DNA of 64,000 nucleotides. Source: Candidatus Oxydemutator sp. GTDB lineage: Bacteria > Pseudomonadota > Gammaproteobacteria > Poriferisulfidales > Oxydemutatoraceae. Made by a program: the position numbers and the translations under genes. The first letter of the stretch is position 1; every line of letters starts with the position of its first letter. Below, piece by piece: positions 51,616 through 64,000 of this stretch. The notes under the pieces are model-generated. The model ran no database searches and had not been told where the DNA came from. It worked only from the letters and a program-made list of their open reading frames with translations. Location: NCBI GenBank assembly GCA_965203445.1, contig OZ241883.1:2112001-2176000 (forward strand), in the 5' to 3' direction.

Positions 51616-52131
51616 ATGAGAACGACAGCTATTGCAAAATCAGTTTTTGGAGGCGCTCTGTGCGGCGCGATTTTGTGCGCCGGCGCCTCCGTGGCCGTGG
51701 CCGGCGGCAAGCTCAGCGTCGACAAGCAGGTTACCGTCAACGCATCGCCGGAAACGACGTGGAAGATGGTCGGGCACTACAACCACGTGGACGTATGGCA
51801 CCCGGCCGTGGTCATGAGCAGCGTAACCGGCGACGCCCGGGAGCCGGGGGCGGTGCGCGTATTGACGCTCGCGGACGGCGCCAAGTTCACCGAAGTTCTG
51901 CTGCGCCACAGCGACCGCGATCTGAGTTACACCTACGAGATCACCGACTCGCCGCTGCCGATTGCGGACTACGAGGCCACGCTGTCGGTAAGGGCGGCGC
52001 CGGGCGGCAAGGCGATGATCACGTGGGCTTCGACTTTCGATCCAAAAGGCGTCTCCGACGAGCAGGCCATCGAGGCGGTTTCGGGAGTGTACGAGGCCGG
52101 CCTTGCGCACGTCGCGCGGCATTTTCAGTGA
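51616..52131 (+). CDS. Periplasmic SRPBCC-family protein, MxaD-like
   Basis: SD GGAGG, signal peptide, W...G......WHPAV, R.LTL.DG...E.L, Y.Y.I..SPLP...Y, VY.AGL. Confidence 0.75.
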   Translation: MRTTAIAKSVFGGALCGAILCAGASVAVAGGKLSVDKQVTVNASPETTWKMVGHYNHVDVWHPAVVMSSVTGDAREPGAVRVLTLADGAKFTEVLLRHSDRDLSYTYEITDSPLPIADYEATLSVRAAPGGKAMITWASTFDPKGVSDEQAIEAVSGVYEAGLAHVARHFQ

Positions 52132-52183
52132 GTCCTTAGAGTGAATCCTTAGGGCGCGGTCTCTGGCGGAGGCGCGCGCCACA

Positions 52184-52218
52184 AACGACAAAGCCGCCGC
52201 CGGCCCCGACGGCGGCCT
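52184..52218 (-). terminator. Probable intrinsic terminator downstream of 23S
   Basis: Minus-strand GC-rich hairpin GCCGCCG...CGGCGGC followed by TTTGTCGTTT. Confidence 0.45.
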
Positions 52219-52307
52219 ACACCCGATGGGCAACGCGCGACACCCGGCGATCGGCACAAGCAAAGGTAGTATCCAAAACGCCGCCACAAAAGTGCTTGAG
52301 CGTTATA

Positions 52308-55194
<2,887 letters not shown>

Positions 55195-55260
55195 ATATAA
55201 CCTCAAGCAGTCTCGCCCGAGGTTACATGCGTATCAGATACAATTTACTTGGCTTACTCG

Positions 55261-55275
55261 ATTGTCAAAAAACAC
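55261..55275 (-). promoter_or_regulatory. boxA-like antitermination site before 23S
   Basis: Minus strand GTGTTTTTTGACAAT resembles boxA TGCTCTTTAACAAT, in the usual spacer position. Confidence 0.45.
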
Positions 55276-55335
55276 GTCGTCCAAAGACGAAGCTCAATGC
55301 GACTTTGGCAAGCGGCATTGAGATTCGCCGGTCGC

Positions 55336-55411
55336 TGGTGGAGCCGAGGAGGATCGAACTCCCGACCTCCTGCTTGCAAAGCAGGCGCTCTCCCGGCTGA
55401 GCTACGGCCCC
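55336..55411 (-). tRNA. tRNA-Ala (TGC)
   Basis: GGGGCCGTAGCTCAG...TTTGCAA...GTTCGATC...TCCACCA, 76 nt. Confidence 0.97.
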
Positions 55412-55438
55412 GTGCCGCGCGTTGCGGCGTCCTTCACC

Positions 55439-55515
<77 letters not shown>

Positions 55516-55662
55516 TCGTAGGCCCCGTCCGTCGTTCCTCGCAACGGCGCAACACACCGGCACAACGACTCTCCCCTACCTCGGATTGCGCGCGCCCCGA
55601 TTCAGATGAGGGAGCCGCCTGCGAAATAAAAAACAACCGTGCCACCAGGACACAACTCGAGG

Positions 55663-55691
55663 ATTATAATATGCCGCTGCATCCCTTGCAA
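55663..55691 (-). promoter_or_regulatory. Near-consensus sigma70 promoter for tRNA-Ile/tRNA-Ala/23S
   Basis: TTGCAA (55691-55686), 17 nt, TATAAT (55668-55663). Confidence 0.8.
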
Positions 55692-55724
55692 CCACTTGTA
55701 TGGGGCCACCACTCCTCCGAAAAA

Positions 55725-56678
55725 GTGCTTATCGAAATACCAGGGCTTGCCGTCGGCATCGGAATGCTGATGTGGTCCGCCGACCGCATGATGCAAGGGG
55801 CGGTCGTTGTCGCGCGGCGTCTCGGCGTATCGGCGGTCGGCGTCGGCCTCGTCATCGGCTTCGGCACGTCGGCGCCGGAAATGTTGGTGTCGGCGTTGGC
55901 GGCGGCGCGTGGCACGCCGCACGTCGCAATCGGCAACGCAATCGGCTCGAATATAGCGAACATCGGCCTGGTGCTGGGCGCGGTTTCGCTGGTCGGCGCA
56001 ATCGCCGCCAACCCTCGGGTGATAACGCTCAAGTTCACGACGCTGCTGGCGGCCACCGCCGTGCTCGGGTTGGTGATGGCCGATCTTGATCTCGGGCTTG
56101 CCGACGGCGCGATCCTGATGACGACGCTCGTCCTGATCCTCTACCTGCTGATCAAGGCGTTGCCGGCGGAGAACGACGGCGACGCCGCCGACGTGCGCGA
56201 TGCGGGCGGCGCGCGCGCGTGGTTCGAGTTCGGCGGCGGCTTCGCGCTGCTGTTGATCGCGGCGCAGTTGATCGTGGTCTGCGCCACCGGCCTTGCGCGG
56301 CACTTCGGCGTCAGCGACCTGCTGATCGGCCTGACCGTGGTCGCGGTCGGCACCAGCCTGCCCGAATTGGCCGCGGCGCTCGCCAGCACCTGGAAGCGGC
56401 ATCACGACATCACCGTCGGCAATATCTTAGGTTCCAATCTGTTCAACAGTCTGGGCGTGGTCGGCATCACCGCTTTGCTAAGTCCGACGGCGTTGTCGGT
56501 CGCGGTGCTGCACCGCGACTTTTTCGCCAATGTTACACTGACGTTCGCGCTGCTGGCGCTGCTGTGGTTCGCACCCCGGCGCCTGGAGTTGGGCCGGCTC
56601 AAGGGCCTGGTGCTGCTCGGCGCTTTCATCGGCTACCAGTGGCTGCTCTACCGCCAGGAGGTCGCCGCCGTTCCATGA
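55725..56678 (+). CDS. yrbG: Calcium/sodium antiporter (YrbG family)
   Basis: Two alpha repeats GTSAPE..GSNIAN and GTSLPE..GSNLFN; precedes kdsD. Confidence 0.9.
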   Translation: MLIEIPGLAVGIGMLMWSADRMMQGAVVVARRLGVSAVGVGLVIGFGTSAPEMLVSALAAARGTPHVAIGNAIGSNIANIGLVLGAVSLVGAIAANPRVITLKFTTLLAATAVLGLVMADLDLGLADGAILMTTLVLILYLLIKALPAENDGDAADVRDAGGARAWFEFGGGFALLLIAAQLIVVCATGLARHFGVSDLLIGLTVVAVGTSLPELAAALASTWKRHHDITVGNILGSNLFNSLGVVGITALLSPTALSVAVLHRDFFANVTLTFALLALLWFAPRRLELGRLKGLVLLGAFIGYQWLLYRQEVAAVP

Positions 56679-57646
56679 AGGAGTTTGAGGATCTCAGAAA
56701 ACTCGCGATCGCGGTGCTCGACACCGAGGCGCGCGCGATCAGCGATCTGCGCGGGCGCATAGACGAGAACTTCCACCGCGCGTGCCGCCTGCTCGGCGAG
56801 TGCGCGGGACGCATCATCGTGACCGGTATCGGCAAATCCGGCCACGTCGCAAACAAGATCACCTCGACGCTGGCGAGCACCGGCAGCGCGGCTTTCTACG
56901 TCCACCCGGCCGAGGCCGGGCACGGCGACCTCGGCATGATCGGCGGCGACGACGTGATATTGGCGCTGTCGCATTCGGGCGAGACCGGCGAGATCAACGC
57001 GCTGCTGCCGGCGCTGAAAAAGCTGCGCACGCCGTTGATCGCGGTGACCGGAAACTGCGACTCGACGCTGGGACGGGCCGCGGACGTGTGCCTGAACACC
57101 GCGGTCCGGGAAGAAGCCTGCCCGCTGGGACTGGCGCCGACCGCGAGCACCGCGGCCGCGCTGGCGATGGGCGACGCGCTCGCGGTCGCGCTGATGAGCG
57201 GCAGAGGCTTCACGGCCGAGGATTTCGCCCGCTCGCACCCGGGCGGGCGCCTGGGCCGGCGCCTGCTGCTGCGCGTCGGCGACCTGATGCGCACCGGCGA
57301 CGCGCTGCCGAAGGTCGCGCCCGGCACGCCGCTGACCGACGCGCTCTACGAGATGTCGCGCAAGGGGCTGGGCATGACGCTGGTGGTGGACGATGCCGGC
57401 TGGGTGCGCGGCCTGTTCACCGACGGCGATCTGAGACGCGCGCTCGACAACGGCACCGACGTCGCAAGCGCCGTCATAGACGACGTGATGACGCGCGAGT
57501 TCCACTCCATCGGCGCCGACGAACTCGCGGTCGAGGCGCTGAACCTGATGGAGACGAAACTGATCAATTCGATGCCGGTCTTCGACGAACGCCGCGCGCT
57601 GATCGGCGCGCTCAACGTACACGATCTGCTACGCGCCGGCTTGTGA
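56675..57646 (+). CDS. kdsD: Arabinose-5-phosphate isomerase (KpsF/GutQ; SIS plus CBS)
   Basis: [41 protein letters not shown]. Confidence 0.94.
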   Translation: MKEFEDLRKLAIAVLDTEARAISDLRGRIDENFHRACRLLGECAGRIIVTGIGKSGHVANKITSTLASTGSAAFYVHPAEAGHGDLGMIGGDDVILALSHSGETGEINALLPALKKLRTPLIAVTGNCDSTLGRAADVCLNTAVREEACPLGLAPTASTAAALAMGDALAVALMSGRGFTAEDFARSHPGGRLGRRLLLRVGDLMRTGDALPKVAPGTPLTDALYEMSRKGLGMTLVVDDAGWVRGLFTDGDLRRALDNGTDVASAVIDDVMTREFHSIGADELAVEALNLMETKLINSMPVFDERRALIGALNVHDLLRAGL

Positions 57647-57680
57647 CACCCGGGCGCCCTCCCGCTTACGGCGAATCCGC

Positions 57681-58262
57681 CTAAGCGGCGTCGTAGGCGG
57701 CGTCGAACGCGATGCCGACGCCGCCGTGACCGCAATAGCCGCCGGGATTCTTCGCCAGATATTGCTGATGATAATCCTCGGCGTAAAAAAACTTGGACGC
57801 CGGGCGGATCTCGGTCGTGATGCGCCCGTAGCCGGCAATGGTCAGCGCATCCTGGTACAGCGCAAGCGACCGCCGCGCAGGCTCGGACTGGCCCTCGTCC
57901 TCACAGAAAATCGCCGACCGGTACTGGCTGCCGACGTCGTTGCCCTGGCGCATCCCCTGCGTCGGGTCGTGCGCCTGCCAGAAGAGCCTGAGCAACTCCC
58001 AATAGGCCGCGGCCTCGCCCCGATACACGACGAGCACTGCCTCGGCGTGGCCGGTGGCGCCGCCGCAAACTTGCTCGTAGGTCGGATTCTGGACGTCGCC
58101 GCCGGTGTAGCCGACGGCGGTGACGTGCACGCGGGAGGACTCCCAGAAGAGGCGCTCCGCGCCCCAGAAGCAGCCCAGTGCGAACACCGCGCGCCGCGTG
58201 TCGCCCGGAAACGGCGGGTACAGCGAATTGCGGTTGACGTGGTGCGGCGCGGTCGCGGCCAT
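57681..58262 (-). CDS. msrA: Peptide methionine sulfoxide reductase A
   Basis: [34 protein letters not shown]. Confidence 0.96.
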   Translation of the reverse strand: MAATAPHHVNRNSLYPPFPGDTRRAVFALGCFWGAERLFWESSRVHVTAVGYTGGDVQNPTYEQVCGGATGHAEAVLVVYRGEAAAYWELLRLFWQAHDPTQGMRQGNDVGSQYRSAIFCEDEGQSEPARRSLALYQDALTIAGYGRITTEIRPASKFFYAEDYHQQYLAKNPGGYCGHGGVGIAFDAAYDAA

Positions 58263-58331
58263 GCGGGAGATTATACCCGCGCACCGCGGGCGCGGGTTCG
58301 TCCGCCGATTTCATCGGTATAATTGCGCGTC

Positions 58332-59378
58332 ATGCAAAAACTACAATTCTCATTCTCCAGGCAGTCGGTGCTCACCGGGCTTTCGCTGGCGTTGTTTCCG
58401 GCGGCTTTCGGCAGCCTCGCGTACGCAATCGGCAATCCGGTCGGCTACGGACTGGGCGCCGGCGTCGTCGCCGCGGTGCTCCCGCTGGCCGCGCTGGCGC
58501 TGCAAAACCGCCTGGCCACGTACCGCGCCCTCGAATGGGCGACGCTGCTGTCGCTGATCCTGATCAGCGCCGTCGTCTCGTACCAGATTTTCATCCCGCT
58601 GCTGAACCAGCGGACGATGCTGCTGGAACGCTCGCTGCCGCTGCTTGCGGTGACGGTCGCGCTCTACGTGTTCTACATACTGGTCAACCGCCTGTGCGCC
58701 GACGAACACACGCGAAGCATCAACGGCAAACTGGAGGCGACGTTGTCGGGGCCGCCGCTGCTGTTGACGCTGGCGGCCGCGGTGGTGCTCGCCACCGGTA
58801 TCCTGGTCGCGGTGCACAACCTCGAGGCGGTGCGCCCCGATCTCCGGTTCTTCACCCAGAAATTTCTCGACCGCGGCCCGATCCCGCCGCTGACGATCCT
58901 GCTGTTCAGCTGGGGTTTGATCATCCTGGCCGGCAAGACCTGGACGCTGTGGCGCGAACAAAGGCTGCTGGCGCGGCCCGAGCGCTCGCTGCTGATGCGC
59001 GCCTACCATCAGGCGACGCACCAGAACGAAACCGCCGCCGAGATCTATCTCGAACTGATCTGGAAGAAATCGGCGGACTTCTACATCCTGCCGCGCTATC
59101 TGAACTGGGCGATACCGATCCTGGGTTTCATCGGCACCGTGTTCGGCATCTCGCTCGCCGCCGACGGCATCCAGCAGATCATCAGCAACCAGCACGGCCT
59201 CGCGCAGTTGTCGAGCGAACTCGGCGCCGCGATCTCGCCGCTCGGCATCGCCTTCGACACGACCCTGATCGCGCTGTCGCTCAGCATCGTGCTGACGCTG
59301 CTGCAAACGATGCTGCAACGCTGGGAGAACAACCTGCTGTCGCTCTACGAGAACCGCATCCTGAACCTGGCCGACTAA
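58332..59378 (+). CDS. MotA/TolQ/ExbB proton-channel family protein with extra N-terminal TM helices
   Basis: AIPILGFIGTVFGI and LGIAFDTTLIAL helices are MotA_ExbB signatures; about six preceding hydrophobic segments. Confidence 0.8.
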   Translation: MQKLQFSFSRQSVLTGLSLALFPAAFGSLAYAIGNPVGYGLGAGVVAAVLPLAALALQNRLATYRALEWATLLSLILISAVVSYQIFIPLLNQRTMLLERSLPLLAVTVALYVFYILVNRLCADEHTRSINGKLEATLSGPPLLLTLAAAVVLATGILVAVHNLEAVRPDLRFFTQKFLDRGPIPPLTILLFSWGLIILAGKTWTLWREQRLLARPERSLLMRAYHQATHQNETAAEIYLELIWKKSADFYILPRYLNWAIPILGFIGTVFGISLAADGIQQIISNQHGLAQLSSELGAAISPLGIAFDTTLIALSLSIVLTLLQTMLQRWENNLLSLYENRILNLAD

Positions 59379-59409
59379 ACGCCCGCGACCACACGACACA
59401 GGCGGCCAC

Positions 59410-59952
59410 ATGATCAGGAAGCGAAGCGGCGGGCGCAACCACGACAACCTGCGCGACCAGGAGCGTAACAACGCCCCCTCGGTCGAGATCTTCGGCGGCG
59501 TGTTCGCGCTGCTGCTGGTGCTGTTTCTGCTGATCAACACGTTCTCGCAGGCGTCGCTGCAAGAGCGTCTGTCGGACTTGAACGAAGGCGGCGCCTACAA
59601 GGTGGACTGGGGGCCGCAGGGTTCGGGCTACGTCGTCATCGCCTTCCCCGGCGAACTGCGCATCGTCGAGACCTCGGAGAACGTGCGCCGCGAGGACGTA
59701 TGCGACAAGGACGGCGCGTTCGTGCGCTACGCGCGCAAACTCTACCAGAAGCCCGGCAAGCAGATCGTGTTCACGATACTGGAAAACAGCGTCGCGACAA
59801 TGGCCGCGGCGCGCAACTGCATGATGCGCATCATGCCCGGAAAACACCTGACCATCGGCTGGATCATCGCCGACCGCGAGCTGCTGAAATCGGTGTCGCT
59901 CGACGACCTGCCGCCGTACGTCGAGGAAGTCATCCGCGAGCGCGCGCCATGA
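59410..59952 (+). CDS. Single-TM ExbD/TolR-like hypothetical protein
   Basis: Basic N-terminus, EIFGGVFALLLVLFLLI TM, small soluble domain; follows the ExbB-like gene. Confidence 0.5.
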   Translation: MIRKRSGGRNHDNLRDQERNNAPSVEIFGGVFALLLVLFLLINTFSQASLQERLSDLNEGGAYKVDWGPQGSGYVVIAFPGELRIVETSENVRREDVCDKDGAFVRYARKLYQKPGKQIVFTILENSVATMAAARNCMMRIMPGKHLTIGWIIADRELLKSVSLDDLPPYVEEVIRERAP

Positions 59953-61688
59953 GCGCGAGCGCGCGCGCCAACCTGTTCCCGAGTTTCGCCGGCATCGCGC
60001 TCGCCGACATCCTGGCCAACAGCGTCGCCATCATCATCATCCTGATCGTGATCACGATCGCGACCAAGCACGCCGAGGAGCAGGAGCGCCTGGCCGAGGT
60101 CGAGGACGTCTCGGTGCTGCTGAGCCGCGATCTGGCGACTTCGGTGGTCATGAACGGCCTGCCGACGTCGGCGCCGGCGCGCCTGCACGACTACGAGAAC
60201 TCGCCGCTCGACCGCATTCTCGACCCCGCGGTGATGCCGATCATCGAACTGCACACCGGCTTTGTGCGCGACTACTACAGCAAGCAGGCGTTCACGCGCG
60301 AGGAGATGCTTACCCAAGACAACGCCTTCGACCATTTCCTGGCGCAGATGACGCCGCAACAAAGACTGCGTATACGCGTAGACATCTACAACGTGGACAT
60401 GTTTTACGTGACGATGTCCATACTGCGCGACCACAACGGGCGGCTGCCCGGGCACTGGCACTTCCTCGGCTACGACGGCGCGCCTCCGGCGCTCGACCCG
60501 GAGCGTATCGCAAAAGGCGAAGCGCAAGTCGAGAAAGCCGAACCACAGGAGCACGCAGAACCCGGCGAGGCGCAACCGAGCGCCGCGCGCGCACGCGGCG
60601 CCAAGGCCTGGGAGGCGTTTCCGCAAGACACCGATCTGTCCGGCGAAAACGACGCCGAGGCCTATCCTTTCGACGACCTCGCGTGGGATTCCGAGACCCG
60701 CGGCCAGGAGTATTCCGACCTGCCCGGCGGCGACGAAAGCGAACAAAGCGAGCTGTCGCGGCGCAGCGACGAGATGTTCGGCGCGCTGTCGCAGTTGATA
60801 GGCCAGGCGCTGGGCGGCGGTGACCAGACCGGAAACGCGCCCGAGTTTATCCGCTTCCGCACGCCGACACCGTCGCGCGACAAGTCGGCCGAGGCGAAAA
60901 ACCGCGAGGTCATCCAGACCATGCAAGGCAACGGCAACGCCAGGATAGATTACGTCAAGCTGCTGGCGGCGCTGTTCGGCTTCATGCAAAAGGCCCAGGC
61001 CGACGCCGACAACGGCCTGCACTCGGCGCTTGCGGATTTCGACTTCGAGCGCGACGTGCTCGAACCGGCGGCGCTGAAGCCGCCGCCGCGCGACCCCGAA
61101 CAGGTGGCGTTTTTTACGCGCCTGGCGGCGCAGTTACAGCGCGTCTCGCAAGGCGGCCCGCTGGCGGTGTCGCAGACCGTGACCCCGGCGCTTGCCGACA
61201 ACCGGCTGCAACTGGCGCGCAACCAGCCGCTGGCGCGCGCGACGCTGGACGGCGACGAACACCAGGAAAAACTCGACTTCCTGCCCGGCGAGGCCGAGGT
61301 CACCAGCCGCCTTGGGCTGTACCCGGCGATCTACAAGGGCCTGCAAGCGCCGCTTGCGAAAGACGCCATAGTGCTGATGCCGACCGTGCAGAGCGATCCG
61401 CAAACCTGGCGCTGGCGCGTCGCCACCGTCGTCAACCCGGCAAGGGACGATTACCTGATCGCGTTTCTGTGGTCGGCCATGGCCGACGACGGCAGCCTGC
61501 TGCTTGCGACCGAAACCAACGGCATACGCATAAACCGCGCATCGTGGATGACCTACCGTCCGCCGGTGCGCCAGCGCAAGGAACGCGAGACGTTCATGGC
61601 CTACGCCGTCGCCGCGCTGCTACTGCTGCTGGGGCTGCTGCACCGGTTCGGGCGGCTGCCGCGCGGCGTGGCGGCGGCGCGGCGATGA
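59949..61688 (+). CDS. Large hypothetical membrane-anchored protein (Asp-containing N-terminal TM, acidic linker, C-terminal TM)
   Basis: LADILANSVAIIIILIVITI; ATGA overlaps with both neighbours; host-like codon usage. Confidence 0.7.
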   Translation: MSASARANLFPSFAGIALADILANSVAIIIILIVITIATKHAEEQERLAEVEDVSVLLSRDLATSVVMNGLPTSAPARLHDYENSPLDRILDPAVMPIIELHTGFVRDYYSKQAFTREEMLTQDNAFDHFLAQMTPQQRLRIRVDIYNVDMFYVTMSILRDHNGRLPGHWHFLGYDGAPPALDPERIAKGEAQVEKAEPQEHAEPGEAQPSAARARGAKAWEAFPQDTDLSGENDAEAYPFDDLAWDSETRGQEYSDLPGGDESEQSELSRRSDEMFGALSQLIGQALGGGDQTGNAPEFIRFRTPTPSRDKSAEAKNREVIQTMQGNGNARIDYVKLLAALFGFMQKAQADADNGLHSALADFDFERDVLEPAALKPPPRDPEQVAFFTRLAAQLQRVSQGGPLAVSQTVTPALADNRLQLARNQPLARATLDGDEHQEKLDFLPGEAEVTSRLGLYPAIYKGLQAPLAKDAIVLMPTVQSDPQTWRWRVATVVNPARDDYLIAFLWSAMADDGSLLLATETNGIRINRASWMTYRPPVRQRKERETFMAYAVAALLLLLGLLHRFGRLPRGVAAARR

Positions 61689-63289
61689 AGACCGCCGCGG
61701 CCAGGAAGGTTCGCTTTGCGCTGATCAACGTCGCGCTGGCGCTGTTCGTGCTGGCGGTCGCCGTCGCAAGCTACTACAAACTGCGCGTTACGTTCCACGA
61801 CTTCGACACCGTCGCGGTCGGCGACGGCGCGGCGGCGGACGAGGACTCGCGCGGGCGGCGCCTCGACCGCATACTGATGGATGAACTGCGCGCCTTCGGC
61901 TACATACACTCGTTCGACCACGTGCTCGGCCAGAAACCCTTCGTCCATCACCTGAACACGATCTGGGCCGACCGCTGCGAAGTGCGCCAGGAAGACTTCT
62001 ACAAGTTCGCAAAATGGTTCCGGCTGCACCAGCCGCAGGGCATCGCGGCACCCGACCAGCCGAACGGCTGGATCTACGACAGCAGCAGCCGCGAGCACAA
62101 GGTCAGCGGGCGCCTGAAGGCGCCGGCCAACGGTGTCGGCTACTACGACGCCTATGCCTACTGCCGCGCCGCCGGCGGGCGCCTGCCGACGCGCCGCGAA
62201 TGGATGGCCATGGCGGGCGGCACCGAAGGGCGCCTCTACCCGTGGGGCGACGACTTCCGCGCGGACGGCTGGCCGTATCTCGACGCGCGCCTGAACGCGG
62301 CCCAACGCTGCGGCGTGCACCCCGACCTCGACACGCCCCGACAACTGCACGACATGGGCGCCAACGTCTCCGAATGGGCCGAGGGAGACGACGGCGAACC
62401 GCGCCCGAGCATCCACGGCGGCAACGCCTTCAACCGCCCGTACTCGATCTACAGCCTGAACGCGCTCTACCGCCACGCGCCGCCGTCCTATCGCTCGCCC
62501 TACGTCGGCTTTCGCTGCGTCTATGACGAAGCGCCGCGGCAACCGGCGTGGTCGCAACGGGCGCCGCTTGCGGCGCGCATCAGCCCCGGCGCCCACCCGC
62601 TGGGCCTGCCCCGGGACGCGAGAGTGCCGGGGCTGCTGTCCGGCCTGTCGCGCGAACAGCTTGAAGTCATCGAGGGATTGTTGGGCCGCGACCGGCGGCG
62701 CGGCACCTTCCGCATTCTGCGCCACGAAGTGACGCGCGCGCAATACCGTCGCTTCCTGGACGACCCGATTGCGCGCTTCGGCTTTTACGCGAACGAAAAC
62801 GAACCGAAGGATCACGACTACCGCCCGACGGACTGGTCGCCCGCCCAGGACGACGGCCGGCTGCCGGCGACCGGCCTCGACTGGTGGTCGGCCTATGCGT
62901 TTGCGCGCTGGAGCGGCGGGCGCCTGCCGAGCGCCGACGAATGGAACGCCGCGGCCTCGTGGAACGGGCGCTACGTCTATCCGTGGGGCAACCACTACGA
63001 GAAAGAGCGCGCCGTGGCGGCCGAGGATCTGCTGACCACACCGCTGCCTGCGCTTGAGAACAGAGGCGACGTCACACCACACGGCGCCATCCTGCACCTG
63101 GGCGGCAATGTCTCCGAATGGACGCGCAGCATCGGCGTCCACGGCAACGGCTACGCGGTCGTAGTCAAAGGCGGCAGTTACTCGCTGCCCGGCAAGGAGA
63201 CCGCGCGCATAGACTTCGAGAACCGCGCCCCCGCCTCATACCGCTCCCCGCGCATCGGCTTTCGGGTCGTATTTGACGGGGAGTCATGA
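61685..63289 (+). CDS. Membrane-anchored protein with two tandem FGE-sulfatase (SUMF1/GldK-like) domains
   Basis: Twice: YC/FA...GGRLP..EW...YPWG, DM/HL-GxNVSEW, GGx, YRSP..GFR. Confidence 0.85.
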   Translation: MKTAAARKVRFALINVALALFVLAVAVASYYKLRVTFHDFDTVAVGDGAAADEDSRGRRLDRILMDELRAFGYIHSFDHVLGQKPFVHHLNTIWADRCEVRQEDFYKFAKWFRLHQPQGIAAPDQPNGWIYDSSSREHKVSGRLKAPANGVGYYDAYAYCRAAGGRLPTRREWMAMAGGTEGRLYPWGDDFRADGWPYLDARLNAAQRCGVHPDLDTPRQLHDMGANVSEWAEGDDGEPRPSIHGGNAFNRPYSIYSLNALYRHAPPSYRSPYVGFRCVYDEAPRQPAWSQRAPLAARISPGAHPLGLPRDARVPGLLSGLSREQLEVIEGLLGRDRRRGTFRILRHEVTRAQYRRFLDDPIARFGFYANENEPKDHDYRPTDWSPAQDDGRLPATGLDWWSAYAFARWSGGRLPSADEWNAAASWNGRYVYPWGNHYEKERAVAAEDLLTTPLPALENRGDVTPHGAILHLGGNVSEWTRSIGVHGNGYAVVVKGGSYSLPGKETARIDFENRAPASYRSPRIGFRVVFDGES

Positions 63290-63326
63290 GCGGGTCGGCG
63301 TGGCTGAAGAGCGGCGTCGGCTACCT

Positions 63327-64000
63327 CTATTCTTCAATCAACCGCAACTGACGACCAAAGTCCACTCCCGCGACCTCGCAGGCGGTGCGGATGTGACCTT
63401 CAATTTGACGAATACTGAGATTAGCACCCAACCACCAGCCATTTTTTAAATCTAGTTCTCTTCCCGGATATAAATCTTCTCGGTTCCGCGACATTAACGG
63501 TCGAGTTCGTCCTACCGTTCGGGGAGCAAAGCGCTTCATGAAACTGGCATCACGCTCCTGAAATACATTCAGGATTTCGATCAGAGTCGAGATGCCTTTA
63601 GCGGTTGGATATTTTTTGCCATCAAGTTCAAAACCAATAATTCTCCGTTTCGTCTTTACAGGAGCAGGTACAGGAGGATGTGTCACAGCATCTGGTGCAT
63701 GCTGGCGATTATCGGAGGAAAGATTTAGCAAAAATTCCTCCACGCGATCCAACTCCGGCTTCGTTCCGCAATCATTTTCTATTGCTTCTACAAGCAGATC
63801 GCGAAGTAGTTCATCCGGTGTCGCCAAGAGTGCTTGCCAAACTCGTGGGATGGCGTCCCGCGCCTGTTCTCTCGCTTTTGTGCTCTCATGCAGATTTTCA
63901 GCATCACACCGAGCTTGTTGAGAAAAAACAGCCGTTTTCTTGAGGTATTTATTGAAGAATTCTGCATATCTCGGAATATGCTCCTCGCTTCGCAAGTCCA
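63327..64000 (-). CDS. Partial lower-GC hypothetical protein, possibly a restriction-related protein with a SeqA-C-like C-terminus
   Basis: ORF runs to the window edge; helical region, Pro-rich linker, then GRTR....EDLYP..GWWLGANLS..I..AC; family call tentative. Confidence 0.45.
   Translation of the reverse strand, partial: DLRSEEHIPRYAEFFNKYLKKTAVFSQQARCDAENLHESTKAREQARDAIPRVWQALLATPDELLRDLLVEAIENDCGTKPELDRVEEFLLNLSSDNRQHAPDAVTHPPVPAPVKTKRRIIGFELDGKKYPTAKGISTLIEILNVFQERDASFMKRFAPRTVGRTRPLMSRNREDLYPGRELDLKNGWWLGANLSIRQIEGHIRTACEVAGVDFGRQLRLIEE

Noticed and set aside
55516-55660. Remnant 16S 3' end upstream of tRNA-Ile
   Set aside because: No GGATCACCTCC anti-SD tail or helix 45 sequence found
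61685-63289. FGE/CLec-fold protein as a diversity-generating retroelement target
   Set aside because: No reverse transcriptase or adenine-variant template repeat seen; the two similar C-terminal motifs are explained by domain duplication

Overview
High-GC gammaproteobacterial chromosomal segment. Most of it is housekeeping genes in heavily rearranged order: ligA-zipA-smc, queF, a fused nusB-thiL, ribH, ribBA, eno, kdsA, pyrG, tilS, accA, zapE, purC, bioD, mdh, sdhCDABE, a pot-like ABC transporter, ispG, rsmE, ahcY, metK, sspAB, petABC, kdsD and msrA. It also carries tRNA-Arg and an unlinked rRNA unit (own sigma70 promoter, tRNA-Ile, tRNA-Ala, 23S; no 16S or 5S). The most striking element is a 1377-bp AT-rich cassette (21905-23281) encoding only a TnpB RNA-guided nuclease with intact catalytic motifs. 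It is bounded by perfect 26-bp terminal inverted repeats beginning GGGAATTAT (IS1595/ISNwi1-like) and an 8-bp target duplication CAAAGATA, which is DDE-transposon architecture rather than the IS200/IS605 or IS607 context usual for TnpB. It inserted 8 bp upstream of the accA start codon. Other accessory items: a four-gene operon (ExbB/MotA-like, two ExbD-like, double FGE-sulfatase domain); a TonB receptor resembling methylotroph lanthanide receptors divergent from an MxaD-like gene; a core-less NHLP-leader protein behind a Cys-rich repeat peptide; IS481-like debris; tandem GT25 paralogues; and a missed 25-aa ORF before a PuuD-like gene. All calls are from motif recognition by eye; no searches were run.
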